This document shows, one piece after another, positions 1 to 12,285 of a stretch of DNA of 34,874 nt. Position numbers and translations under genes: made by a program. Positions within the stretch are counted from its first letter, which is position 1. Every line of letters starts with the position of its first letter. Under the pieces are notes generated by a model. The model saw nothing but the letters and a program-made list of their open reading frames with translations, did not search any database and was not told the origin of the DNA. The stretch comes from Chiloscyllium plagiosum (Eukaryota), in assembly GCF_004010195.1 (NCBI RefSeq), contig NC_057711.1, positions 82,413,872-82,448,745 of the forward strand, read 5' to 3'.

Positions 1-97
1 AGATGATAGGGGAGCACTTTGTTTTCTTCAGATGGGTAATCTCTCCAGCTTTCTTTTTCAGAATTTTCTGCTGTTGTTCTCGTTTTAATTCCAACTC
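1..97 (-). CDS. KIF27: KIF27 coding exon, truncated by the window edge: ELELKREQQQKILKKKAGEITHLKKTKCSPII...
   Basis: Acceptor tttttctag|GAG at 99-98, in phase 0 with the previous exon. Open to position 1. ELELK.EQQQKILK is a KIF7/27-family motif. Confidence 0.85.
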
Positions 98-859
98 CTA
101 GAAAAATTAAACATATTTTAAAATTATTTTAAAATTGTATTTTAAAATTGTAACCTTATTTAAGAAGATATTATTATTAGATTTTTGGCTGTTTTTTTTG
201 TTTCTGGGCAAAGGATATAAATACGAGTGCAGGTTCTAAAACATTTGGATATTTTATTCTATCATAATTACATTCATTTTTGATTACAGATACTGAGTGA
301 AGTTCCAATGTGGTTGCACAGCAATCAATACAAAAACAGAAATATTGGGTGCTGGTTTCAAATAATTTGTCGTAAATGGAAGGAACTTCGCTTCTTAAAT
401 ATTTTCAGAGAATGGTTACAGTTCAGAAGGAGGCTATTTGGCACATCACATTTGTGCCAACTGTCTGTGAGCACAATACAGCTAATTCAATCACTTGTTT
501 TTTTTCCTGTTGCCCTGAAAATCTTTACTCTTAAGGCAATTATCCATTTGCCTTTCGAAAATCCACCACATCATGGGCAGTGCATTCCAGATCCTAACTA
601 ATTATTTTTTCATAGAAAACATTTGCTAATTGACCTTTGTTTTGTGCCAATTTAATTGTAATCCAATCTGGTGCCCAGACATCTCATTGGCAAACCCCAG
701 ATGCTGGTCCCTGCTCCTAGCTGCAGTTCCCGAGCCCCTGGACTCAGCCAACAATGCCAACAGCTCACAGATTCCTACTGAGCCTACCAGCAGGAAATAC
801 AGAAGATGAACAGCTCCTCACCAATTCAGCCTCTCTCTGGTCCAGAGACATTTATATAA

Positions 860-1090
860 TTCTCCCAGCCCAACATTTTTAGTGTATTAACCTCCTGAGT
901 AATTTTATAACACCCTACCAGCCCAGTGTTTTAAATAACAACATCTGAAAACCCAGTGTTTTATAAAACACCCCACCCAGTTTCAATGCTTTTGTGAACG
1001 TCCCAGCCCAATAATCTTATAACACCCTCCTACCCCAGTGCTTATATAAACTGTTATCCACCCAGTAATTTTATAAAATTCTCACCCGCA
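860..1090. repeat. Degenerate ~28-35 bp tandem repeat (cccagtgttttataa(a)acaccc-like)
   Basis: Recurrent cccag...ttttataa...accc motifs at roughly 30-bp spacing. Confidence 0.5.
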
Positions 1091-2029
1091 TTAAAAGAAC
1101 TCTTGCATAAGCACCTTCCATACCATCAGGATGAAGTTTGGAACCTGGAATGTCAGGACCCTTATGGACAATCCCACCAGTGATTCAGGAAGGCGTTGAG
1201 CACCTCAAAACTTGCCATCAGGAAAAGGTGGAAACCAAGTGAGAACACACACCAACACCAACACCAACACCCAGCTGTTCCCATAACCACCTTCTACCCC
1301 AAGTGTTACAGAGCCTGCAGTGGCAACATTAGTCTGAGAGTGGAAGAGAATCATCCTAGTCTGCGAGGGACCATCAATGAGTGAAGAAGCAGAGACGACC
1401 CTGCTCTGATTGCTGTACGAATCTGAGATCCCCTGTGAAAGCATGAATCCCGGTAAGTAGCATCGCAGCACCCCATCTCTTGAGCCCTGGCTTATCCTAA
1501 TCTGTCCAGACACTACATGATTTCAAACGTCTCTACCAAATCTCCTCTCAATTTCATTTTCTCTAAGAATTCAAGCTTTGCTAATCAATCCTCATAAATC
1601 AGTCCGTCAGCTCCAAAAACATTCTAATGAATATTTCTGTACCCTATTTAATTTTCATATCTTATTAATGAAAATATAAATTTTGAATATGATGCATTAT
1701 TCCTTTGAAAAAGGAAATTGTGCAACTTATTCGTGGACAATTAATTTGATTTCTATATATATATCAAAGGAGAGATAGAACAAATCCAGGAAATCATAGA
1801 ACAATTAGATTAAGATTGATGGTAGGAAAGGCAATAAAATCTTTATTCATATGTAATAGAAAATTATCAAGAAACTGAAATTTAAAAAAGCTGTTAAAGT
1901 GAAGATCATACTTAATCAACTTAACTGAATTCTTTGAAGAAGTGTCAGAAAGGATAAAAGGAAAATAATGCAACAGAAATAATATATTTAGAATTTCATA
2001 AGGTAACAGAAAATAGTTTATAGTCATAG

Positions 2030-2440
2030 ATTAAACATGACACAGGACGCCACACAGTCTTGTGAGTCCATACTAGCTCTAATGCCTCATCCCTGAAGCT
2101 CAAGTTTATTTTTCTCAAGAAACCATCTGATTTCATTTTTAAATTACTCAATGTCCTCACTTCCACCAACATTGTAACAGCAAGTTCTAGGTCATTACCA
2201 TTTGTTGTGTAAAAATGTTCTTCTTCAGATTTTTTTTGCAACTCTTAATCTGTGTCCTCTGCCCTTTCTTTTCTTTGAATACCATATCTGAGTGTGTTAT
2301 GATATTCTCCATCAATTTTCCTTTAATCTCCATTGCTCCAAGGAAAATATGTCCAGTTTCTCCAACATAACTTCTTTTGGCTGAAATCCCTCATCCCTTG
2401 AACTATTCTATTAAATCTCCTCTATACGCTCTCATGGGCC
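2030..2440 (-). mobile_element. Highly decayed CR1-like LINE 3' fragments
   Basis: Patchy similarity to other CR1 3' ends in the window (e.g. ctccaaggaaaa...cagtttctccaac). Boundaries approximate. Confidence 0.4.
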
Positions 2441-2920
2441 CTCGTGACTAAATTTGGAACATGTGGAGTTCAGTAACAGAATGGATAACATTCTGCGAGA
2501 AAACATAAAACAGAAGATGAATTAAATGTGGTTACTTAGCTTGGAAAATGGGGAGATGTGATATTACATAAGATTTTTGCTGCAATCACTGTGGTTCACC
2601 AATTAGATACACAATTTGGACTTGGTAATGGAAAAATAATTTCCAGATTGTGGGGTGCAGATAATACAGCCATGAATGCATTTGAGTTGATGGAGAAACA
2701 GTGGAGTGATTGGGGCAATAAAAAAGACAATGTCCTCAACTTTCCTAACATTTAATTTTTTAAAAGGTTTCTGCATATCCAGTACTGAATGTTCAGCAAA
2801 CAAGCTGAAAATATAGAGATGGCAGAAGAATCAACAGAGATGGTAGTGAAACAGTTGGGGGTCATCAATGTGCATTCGAAATCGGAAGTGTTTTCAGATG
2901 AACAGCATGTAGAAAAGGGT

Positions 2921-3700
2921 CTAAATGATTTGGATGTGAGCATAAGAGATACAGTTAGTAAGTTTGCAGATGACACCAAAATTGGAGGTGTAGTGGACAG
3001 TGAAGAAGGTTACCTCAGATTACAACCGGATCTTGACCAGGTGAGCAAATGGGCTGAGAAGTGGCAGATGGAGTTTAATTCAGATAAATGCGAGGTGTTG
3101 CATTTTGGGAAAGCAAATCAGAGCAGGACTGATACACTTAATAGTAAGGTCCCAGGGAGTGTTGCTGAACAAAGAGAACTTGGAGTGCAGGTTCATTGCT
3201 CCTTGAAAGTGGAGTTGCAGGTAGATAGGATAGTGAAGAAGACGTGTGGTATGCGTTCTTTTATTGGTCAGAGTATTGAGTGCAGGAGTTGGGAGGTCAT
3301 GTTGCGGCTGTACAGAACATTGGTTAGGCCACTGTTGGAATATTGTGTGCAATTCTGGTATCCTTCCTATTGGAAAGATATTGTGAAACTTGAAAGGGTT
3401 CAGAAAAGATTTACNNNNNNNNNNNNNNNNNNNNNNNNNNNNNNNNNNNNNNNNNNNNNNNNNNNNNNNNNNNNNNNNNNNNNNNNNNNNNNNNNNNNNN
3501 NNNNNNNNNNNNNNNNNNNNNNNNNNNNNNNNCATTTAAGAGGCATTTGGATGGGTATATGAATAGGAAGGGTTTGGAGGGATATGGGCCAAATGCTGGC
3601 AGGTAGGATGAGATTGGGTTGGGATATCTGGTCGGCATGGACGGGTAGGACCGATGGGTCTGTTTCCATGCTGTACATCTCTATGACACTATGACTCTAT
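2921..3700 (+). mobile_element. CR1 (HER1-like) LINE, 5'-truncated; RT C-terminal part and 3' UTR
   Basis: SKFADDTKIGG, WQMEFNSDKCEVLHFG, LYRTLVRPLLEYCVQFW. Tail ctctatgacactatgactctat. Confidence 0.95.
3415..3532. other. Assembly gap (118 N)
   Basis: Run of N inside the CR1 copy. Confidence 1.
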
Positions 3701-3779
3701 AAAAATTAGGAAATATCAAAGGTAACTGTATACATGAATGATAAGAGAAGCCATGATGGTAGCTCTTCAAATATGAAGG

Positions 3780-4019
3780 GATAGATAAGAATGGAACCAG
3801 GCGAGGGCTGACTGGATGTCAGTGGTAAGATTTTAGAGGAAGATGGAATGATTAACCATGTTGACGGGTACCCTTGATTTTGCAGTGGAGATGACCCAGG
3901 ATTTGCATGTCCTTGGGGAGTTGAAGTGGTTGGCCACAAGACTGCCTAACCTGCTGTGCTTTTCCAGCACCACACTTTTTCACTCTGACTCCCCAGCATC
4001 TGCAGTCCTCACTTTCTCC
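3780..4019. mobile_element. Decayed Penelope-like fragment: minus-strand endonuclease tail plus plus-strand pseudo-LTR end (3941-4019)
   Basis: Minus strand reads VANHFNSP..DMQILG, like the PLEs at 15300 and 32110. Plus strand has ctgcctaacctgctgtgcttttccagc...ccagcatctgcagtcctcactttctcc. Confidence 0.65.
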
Positions 4020-4338
4020 GAGTTTCTCAGAACATAATCAGGGAATCACAAGGTATGTAGGGCTGTAAGAAATTATTATTTGAATATAACTATGTCAGAC
4101 TGTTGCTTGACTAGTCTTTGGTACAGCTTGCCCAATTTTGAACAAACTTCCAGTTGTTATAAAGGAATAATCTGCAGAATCAATAGGGCAATTGTTGTTT
4201 CCTCTAAGTCAATGCCGGGTGGTCTGTCTAGACTTGGTAGCATCTTGATATGACTTAGTTGGTTGTTAGGCTTTTTCAGAGGGTAGTTTAGTGTCAACTG
4301 CATCGGTGTGGGCCTGGAAGCACACATAGGCCAAATCA

Positions 4339-4662
4339 GGGACGGCACAGTGACACAGTGGTTAGCACTGCTGCCTCACAATGCCAGAGACCCGGGTTCA
4401 ATTCCCGCCTCAGGTGACTGACTGTGTGGAGTTTGCACGTTCTTCCCGTGTATGTGTGGGTTTCCTCCGGGTGCTCCGGTTTCCTCCCACAGTCCAAAGA
4501 TGTGCAGGTCAGGTGAATTGGCCATGCTAAATTGCCCGTAGTGTTAGGTAAGGGGTAAATGTAGGGGTATGGGTGGGTTGTGCTTCGGCGGGGCGGTGTC
4601 GACTTGTTGGGCCGAAGGGCCTGTTTCCACACTGTAAGTAATCTAATCTAATCTAAAAAAAA
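4339..4662 (+). mobile_element. HE1-like tRNA-derived V-SINE, full length
   Basis: A box (tgacacagtgg), B box (ggttcaattcc), V-domain gggtttcctccgggtgctccggtttcctcccacagtccaaaga, CR1-like tail ggccgaagggcctgtttcc, then (taatc)n. Confidence 0.92.
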
Positions 4663-4835
4663 GCAGATTTTCTTCCCTTAGGGACACTAGTGAATAAGAC
4701 GTTTCTTATAACAATCAACAATGATTACATGATCATTGTTAGACTACATTTAGCTATTGAATTCAAATTTAACCACCGGCCATGGTGGAATTCAAACCTA
4801 TGTCAATAGAATATTAGCCTGAGGTCCTGGATTAT

Positions 4836-4955
4836 GATGAAGGGCTTTTGCCCAAAACGTCAATTTTCCTGCTCCTCGGATGCTGCCTGACTTGCTGTGC
4901 TTTTCCAGCACCACACTCTTGACTCTAATCTCCACCATCTGCAGTACTCACTTTT
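4836..4955 (+). mobile_element. Solo Penelope-like pseudo-LTR (120 bp) with 12-bp TSD
   Basis: GTCCTGGATTAT at 4824-4835 and 4956-4967. Insert begins inside a decayed hammerhead core, (t)gatgaagggcttttgcccaaaacgtc. Confidence 0.85.
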
Positions 4956-5238
4956 GTCCTGGATTATTAGTCCACTGACTTGACCATTATTACACTACCT
5001 CCCAATTTCAGCAGTTTTAATCTGCCACCCCTACCAAAACATGCCCACCTTTTCAGTAAAATTCTTCCATATTAGTGGGGATTTTAAAAAAGGTAATGTA
5101 CAATTAGTGACAAATTAAATGGCAAATTTAAGGAAAGATATGTTACTACAGTAAGTTTCTCATACAAAAACATCTATACAACTGATAAGTATAATTTATT
5201 TCTTTGTAATTGCTAATTTGACTGTGAAATGTTCTTAC

Positions 5239-5436
5239 TTTAATTAGTTGCTGATCTCTTTCAATCTCATTTTCCAGTTTTCGTTTTTTCTCGCTTTCTT
5301 CATGCAGTTTCTTCTGAAGCAGCTGTTGCTGTTGTTTCATATTTTCCACATTCTGACTCAACTGGATCAAATGCTTCTCACTCTGCGCTGATAAAGAAAA
5401 CAACTTTTTTGTTTCCTGTTGTTTCCTCTGCAGGCT
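5239..5436 (-). CDS. KIF27: KIF27 internal coding exon (198 nt, phase 0 to 0): SLQRKQQETKKLFSLSAQSEKHLIQLSQNVENMKQQQQLLQKKLHEESEKKRKLENEIERDQQLIK
   Basis: Acceptor cttttag|AGC and donor ATTAAA|gtaaga. Coiled-coil peptide; RDQQLIK resembles recalled KIF27 RDQQKIK. Confidence 0.93.
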
Positions 5437-5724
5437 CTAAAAGGAACAGGATCAGATCTTTAACGTTTGTTATTTTTATGATAGTTATTTTGTACACCAT
5501 AGGTTGCAGTATATTTGTTACAGCTGGACTTCAGTTTTAAATAACAAAACTATGCAAACCAAACCAACCTCCAACAACAGCTAATTACTTCTCAATTGCT
5601 TTCAACCCTATAATGAAATCAACATTTAACCTTATTTCCAGCAAGCTAAAATCATAATCTTTCTATAATAATTGCAATAAGGGTGTTGGAGCGGGGTTGG
5701 GGATCATAGATTTTATGTTTACAA

Positions 5725-5920
5725 GTCTTTAAAGGTGGCAGGGAGATGCAGGAAACAGTTATAAAAGGCAAAGAGTACAAAAGCAAAGATGTTACAAAAC
5801 CTGTACTAGTTTGGCCTCAGTTGGAGTATTGTGTCCAGTTTCAGGCAGCACAATTTCACAAGACATAAAGGCATCAGTGAGGATACAGATTAGTTTATTG
5901 GAATAGTTTCAGGAATGGGA
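5725..5920 (+). mobile_element. Old CR1-like fragment
   Basis: ggcctcagttggagtattgtgtccagttt (PQLEYCVQF). Confidence 0.6.
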
Positions 5921-5929
5921 ACTATACCA

Positions 5930-7172
5930 TCTAGTTCTGGACTCCCCCACCCCAGGGAAAAGACTTTGCCTATTTATCCCATCCATGCCCCTCATGATTT
6001 TATAAACCTCTATAAGGTCACGCCTCAGCCTCCGACGCTTCAGGGAAAACAGCCCCAGCCTGTTCAACTGCTCCCTATAGCTCAAATCCTCCAATCCTGG
6101 CAACATCCTTGTAAATCTTTTCTGAACCCTTTCAAGTTTCACAGCATCTTTCCAATAGGAAGGAGATCAGAATTGAACGCAATATTCCATCAGTGGCCTA
6201 ACCAATGTCTTGTACAGCCGCAACATGACCTCCCAATTCATGTACTCAATACTCTGACCAATAAAGGATATCCTACCTACCTGCAACTCCACTTTCAAGG
6301 AGCTATGAACCTGCACCCCAAGGTCTCTTTGTTCAGCAATACTCCCTAGGACTTTACCATTAAGTGTATAAGTCCTGCTAAGATTTGCTTTCCCAAAATG
6401 CAGCACCTCACATTTATCTAAACTAAACTCCATTGACTACTTCTCAGCTCATTGGCTCATCTAATCAAGATCCTGTTGTAATCTGAGGTAACCTTCTTCG
6501 CTATCCACTACACCGCCAATTTTGGCGTCATCTGCAAACTTGCTAACTATACCTCTTATGCTTACAGCCAAATCATTTATGTAAATGACAAAAAGTAATG
6601 GACCCAGCACTGATCCTTGTGGCACTTCACTGGTCACAGGCCTCAAGTCTGAAAAACAACCCACCACCACCACCCTCTGTCTTCTGCCTTTGAGCCAGTT
6701 CTGTAGCCAAATGGCTAGTTCTCTCTCTGTATTCCATGAGATCTAACCTTGCTAACCAGTGTCCCATGGGGAACCTTGTCAAACGTCTTACTGAAGTCCA
6801 TATAGATCACATCTACCGCTTGCCCTCATCAATCCTCTTTGTTATTTCTTCCAAAAACTCAATCAAGTTTATGATACATGATTTCCCATGCACAAAGTCA
6901 TGTTGACTATCTCTAATCAGTCCTTGCCTTTCCAAATACATGTACATTCTGTCCCTCAGGATTCCCTCCAACAACTTGCCCACCACCAACATCAGGTTCA
7001 CTGGTGTATAGTTCCCTGGCTTGTCCTTACTATCTTTATTAAACAGTGGCAGCATGTTAGCCAATCTCCAATCTTCCGGCACCTCATCTGTGACTATTGA
7101 TGATACAGTAAGAGGCCCAGCAATCACTTCCCTAGCTTCCTACAGAGTTCGAGGGTACACCCGATCAGATCT
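5930..7172 (-). mobile_element. CR1 LINE ORF2 (RT) fragment, frameshifted
   Basis: VPEDWRLAN, KPGNY.PV, VPQGSVLGPLLFVIYINDL, SKFADDAKIGG, KLERVQKRFTRMLPG. Confidence 0.95.
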
Positions 7173-7664
7173 TCTGCACTTGTGTTGACATATGGAGTAT
7201 TTGGACACATAAAGAAGCAGAATTATAAGATTCCATCAATATCTTCAATAATCACCGATGCTCCATTAACCATAAACCAACAATGCACTAAGGAAGCATT
7301 AAGTTCCTGGATACCATAGTATTTAATTTAACACAAAACAATATGCGTAAGAGCGCAGTACAAATTTTCTTGTTTAAAAATAACATATACACACTTCTAA
7401 ACACAAAGATCCATGAGCATTAACATTCTTTCCATTGGCTGGTGAGATCACAGCTAAATGGTTGCATATTTGTCTTTAACATAGTAACTACATTTTAAGA
7501 AATGGTGTGTGAGAGACATTCTGAGATGGTATGACTTAAATGCAAATATTTATTAAATAAAATTGTTCAGTATTAAATTATCCAAATGATACAGTGTTCA
7601 TTGCAATAGCATCACTACTCTTTTGTTGAAAGATTTAAAATTTAAAAGTGGAGTTTGTGTTTTG

Positions 7665-9945
7665 GGTACCGGTTTTGTGTCCCGTTATGGCAGATATGCA
7701 TGAAAAAACCTGGAATTAAAAATCTATTGATGACCATGAAACCATTGACCAATGTCAGAAAATCCCATGTGGTTCACTAATGTCTTTCAGGGTAGAAAAT
7801 TACCATCCTCACTTGTCTGGCTCCTAAACCACAGCAATTTGGTTGACTCCCAAATGTCCTCTGAAATGGCCTAGCAAGCCACTTACATGTATAAGTAGCT
7901 ACTAAATGGACCAGCTGGCATTGACCCTGGCACTAGAAAAGACAATGATAAAAACAGCCCTGTCAACCCTGCAAAGTCTTTGATACAAACATCTGGGGGC
8001 TAGTTCCAAAATTGGGAGAGCTGTCTCAAGCAACAGCCCCTTGTCTGTAAGGTATGTTTCTGTGAGTATGACCGTATACCAGACACTAACATCACCATCC
8101 CTGGATATATCCTATCCCATTGCCAGGTCAGACCTAGCAGAGGTAATTATACTGTGGTATATCATCAGGAGGAAATTGCCTTGGGAGCCCTCATCATTGA
8201 TTCCAGACTTCAAGAAATCGCATGGCATCAGGGTTAACTAGCCAGTGATTATTACGTACCATCTTCCCTCTGCTGATGAATCAGTACTCCTCAATTTTGA
8301 ACAATACTTGAATAAGCAATGCCTACCACAGTGAGTGACTCAGCAACAGCACTGCTCTTTGCACTGATTGGGTCCGAAAGGCCATAACTACTGGATTGGG
8401 TCTGTGGCAGCAGTTGAAGGAACTAGAGGGAAAAACATACTCGCCAATCCATCTGTGGCAGATGCATCTGCCAATGTCATAAATCAGTATAAGTGACCAC
8501 CGTTCAGTCCTTGTGGAGACAAAGTACTCACATTGAGAATGGCCTCTATTATGTTGTGCATCATTGAACAGATCTGCACTTCAAAACTAGGCATCCATGA
8601 GGTAATGTGAGCCATCAACAGACACAGTATTGGACTCCAACAGAGTCTGAAACCTCATGGCCTGGCACATCCACACTTGAACATTACCATCCACACTTGA
8701 ACATTACCATCAACTCTAGTTCAATAGAGAGTGCAGGGCAAGCCAGGACCAGCATCAAGCACACCTACAATGAGGTATCAATGAGGTGAAGCTATCAAAC
8801 AGGACTTTGCGTGCCAAACAGCATGAGTAGCGAGTGATAGTTAAGCGATCCTATGACCAGTGAATCAGATCTAAGCTCTGCGGTCCTGCCACACCCAGTC
8901 ATAAATGGACAACCAACCTACAGGAGGAGGCTACACAAATATCCCCATTCTTAAATGGTGGAAATGCACAACCCATCAGCACAAAAGATAAGGCTGAAAT
9001 ATTTGCACAAATCTTCAGCCAGAACTGCCAATCGGATCATTCATCTCGGTCTTCTGCAGTGGTCCCCAACATCACAGATGTCTTCATGGCAGTCTTCAGC
9101 CAAATTAATTCATTCTACAAAACAATATCAAGAAATGGTGGGAGGGACTGGATACTGCAGAGGCAATGGGCCCTGTTACTGAAGACTTGTGCTCCAGAAC
9201 TTGCCTCACCCTAAGCCAGTTCCAGTACATCTACAACACTGGCATCTACCAAACAGTATAGAAAATTGCCCAGGTATATCACGTACAAACTACTAACAAC
9301 TGTGCCTTAACATTCAATGGCAATTCACTGAATCCCCCATGATCAACATTCTGCAGTTATCATTGACAACTGAACTCACCACATAAATATCGCGGCTACA
9401 AGTGCAGGACAGAGGCTAGGAATACTGCAGTGAGTAACTCACCTCCTGACTCCCCAAAGCCTGTTCACCATCTCTAAAGCACAATTCAGGATGTGATGGA
9501 ATGTTCCCCAAGTGCCTGGATGAGTGCAGCTCCACAATACTCAAGAAGCTTGACACTATCCAGACAAAGCAGCCCACTTGACTAGCACCACATCTACAAG
9601 CATCCAGTCTCTCAACCACCAAAACACAGAAGCAGAACTGTGTACTATCTACAGGATTATATGCAGAAATTTGCCCAAGATCCTCAGACCATTCCATTCA
9701 AACCCATGACCACTTCTATCTAGAAGGTCAAGTGCAGCAGAAATATGGGAACACTATCACCTGTAAGTTTCCCTACAAGCCACTCACTATCCTGACTTGG
9801 AAATATATTGCTGTGCCTTCACTGCCACTGGGTCAAAATCCTGGAATTGCTTTCCAAAGGACATTTTGGGTCAATCTTTAGCACGTAGGCTGCAATGGTT
9901 CAAGAAGGCAGCTTACCACCGCCTTCTCAATGGCAACTAGGGCCT
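7665..9945 (+). mobile_element. Decayed non-LTR retroelement (CR1/L2/Crack-like group) with SINE-like 5' body, APE remnant and RT core deleted
   Basis: IWGLVPKLGEL (~7990), TYHLPSADESVLL (YRPP-like, ~8255), KTCAPELA...YNTGIY...KIAQV (~9182-9280), then a jump to the C-terminal region ending FKKAAYHRLL (~9898). Confidence 0.7.
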
Positions 9946-10289
9946 AGCAAAAAAAAATTAAAATGCTTGCTTTCCTTTACAGCCAATCTTCCCCTTTGAG
10001 GCTCTTCTCCCCACTTTGAAACTCATATCACTTCTTTTCAGTCTCACTTGTCTTGCAACCTCCCAGGGTCACATCTCACCCACTAGCTTGGAAGCCTTGC
10101 TTCCAGGGTCACAGACTCACCTACTCCTAAATCAGTACCAAACGGGATTCCACACCCTTGACACAATGTTGGTGCGCATGTGAATCTTGAAGGTGTGATA
10201 CTATCAGCAGTCATAATGTCTTCATCATGCAGGAATGTCAACTGCATTTGGCACGAGTTCTGACATGGGCAAAGAAACCTAATATCCAA

Positions 10290-11870
10290 TGTCCAATCCC
10301 TCCCCCTACCATGTTAAGGCACTTATCTATGTTTAAGACACTCTGAGGACATTAAGAACACAGAAGTTCTTTGGGTAGGAGACTTCAAAGTCTGTCACCA
10401 AAGTGCCTGAGTAGCACCGCAACCAGTTTAGTTGGCAGAGTCTTGAAGTACATGTCAACAAGGTTGGGTCTGTCGCAGGTGGTGAAATAACCTAACCATG
10501 ACCTTATCAATCAATTTGTTGTAGATTCATCCTCCAATGGTAGTATTGTTAGAAGAGGCATGGTACATTTCTTTCAGAAAGACATTCCCATCTTCACACA
10601 AACAACATCTTCAACCGTGTTGTATAGCAATATCAAAACGTTAAATGGAATAGATTCAAAATAGATGCAGTTGTTCATTCTGTTCATCATTTGTGAGGTA
10701 CTGCAGATCAACAGAATTGTATTTGAACACAATCTGTAATCACATAGCTCAAGTATTCCTCATTCTACTCTTGCAATCAAACCAAGGAACCTACCTGGTT
10801 TGATGAAAAAAAAGGAGAACAAGCCAAGTGTCGCACCAGACAAAAGCAAAAATGAGGTGCCAAGTCAGAGAAACTACAGCATGCATACTAAGCGGCAGAT
10901 GCAGCATGTTATAGACAGAAGTTAGCCATTCCACAACCAACAGATTATACAGCTGTAAAGTCTCATTGAATTGTAGAAGGTGATGATTGAGTAAATAACT
11001 AATTGGAAGAAGGAGTTTGAAGTACATCTTGATGGGATGATGGGAGGTCCAGCATATCAGAGCAAAAGGCAAAGCTGAAGCATTGCAATTATTATTAGTT
11101 AAAATTACCAAATGCTTGATTCATCTTGGTCTCCTTCCAAAATCCCCAGAATTGCTAATACCAGTCTTTAGCCAATGATGGTCAGAATCAGAGATTCATA
11201 CAGGTCAGAAGAGACCCTTACTTCACAGGATCTCAAGAAACAGTCAAATTCACTGGATAAAACCTTGGGCTCCCACAACATTCAAGACGTAGTCTGAACA
11301 CATGCTCCAAAACTAGTCTTATACAAGTCAAACTCTTCCATTAGAATTACAATATGAACATCAACCAGCTGATGTAGAAAACACAAATCAGGAGTTTGTA
11401 TACTTTTCACTTGCCTGAATATAACTCCAACAACTCTCAAAACTGTTGACACAATCAAAACTACAGCATGTTGCTTCATCAACAATTCAACCTCCCACTT
11501 TAACACTTGCTGCCGTAACCAGTAGTGCACAGTAGCTGCATTGCATAGTATCTACAAACTGCACTACAGGAAGTCGCAGAGGCTTCAGTGACAGCACTTT
11601 CGAAAACTGCAATCTCTATCTCTTAAAAGAATAAGGGCAAGAAGTGCATGAGAACAGCACCACCTGCAAGTTGCTTTCCAAGTAATGGATCATCCTGACT
11701 TGAATTTACATTACTATTTGTTCACCATTGCTGAACCAAAACTCTGGATCTTCCTAAAAAACTGCAATATGGTTCTACTTACTGCAGCAGCTCAAGGTGG
11801 CTCACCACTTTCTAAGGACAATTAAGAATAGGCAATAAATATTGGGCCTGCTTGTGAGATCCACATATGA
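10290..11870 (+). mobile_element. Second, older copy of the same RT-deleted LINE family
   Basis: GDF APE motif at ~10378. Colinear similarity to 8260-9945, and 3' end ctcaaggtggctcaccacttt...ggcaataaat. Confidence 0.6.
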
Positions 11871-11937
11871 TAATTTAAATAAATCAAACAAAAGGACAAA
11901 TCAAACCACAGAGGGTGGCTACTGTATAGTGGCTAAC

Positions 11938-12143
11938 CTGCATTTTAACTTTGGCGGTTTCCATTTTCTTGCGGAATTCTTTTTGTAACTTTGTTTTCTC
12001 TGCAGCATCCCGAAGTTCCTTGTTCTCCAGTTCCTGTAATTGTTTCTGAGCTTCTGACAGCTCAGTCTTGGCCTGCTCAGCTTCTTGTTCTAATTGAGTG
12101 ATCTTTTGGTAATACTGCCGGTTTACAGCTTGAGCATCTTGAC
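11938..12143 (-). CDS. KIF27: KIF27 internal coding exon (206 nt, phase 1 to 0): (G)QDAQAVNRQYYQKITQLEQEAEQAKTELSEAQKQLQELENKELRDAAEKTKLQKEFRKKMETAKVKMQ
   Basis: Acceptor ttcag|GT and donor ATGCAG|gttagc. QKQLQELENK and KLQKEFRKKM match recalled KIF27. Confidence 0.93.
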
Positions 12144-12285
12144 CTGAATGAATAAATTTACAAATAAATAGATTAAAATACAATAAATTCTTCACAAATA
12201 AAATATGACAGAATAATAGTAAAGACGAGGATGGGCAATTCTTCAAAAAAGAACATTCTCTTTAATCATCTCAGAATACTTCGTA

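Larger units (their letters stand above)
4030..5003 (-). mobile_element. tRNA-headed element continuing into a LINE APE N-terminus, interrupted by a V-SINE and a solo pLTR
   Basis: B-box-like GGTTTGAATTCC at 4787-4798. Body aligns by eye with 7730-8040 and reads into KLGKLYQRLVKQQSDIVI. Confidence 0.6.

Noticed and set aside
860..1090. CRISPR-like repeat-spacer array
   Set aside because: Units are degenerate with no constant repeat or unique spacers, the context is a eukaryotic intron, and there are no cas genes.
2789..3562. 257-aa ORF as a host gene
   Set aside because: It is a CR1 RT fragment read through an N gap, with a fortuitous N-terminal extension.
4339..4410. tRNA gene
   Set aside because: The A/B boxes belong to a SINE head followed by a V-domain and LINE-like tail.
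8668..8711. Perfect 20-bp tandem duplication
   Set aside because: Simple local slippage inside a dead LINE; no evidence of function.
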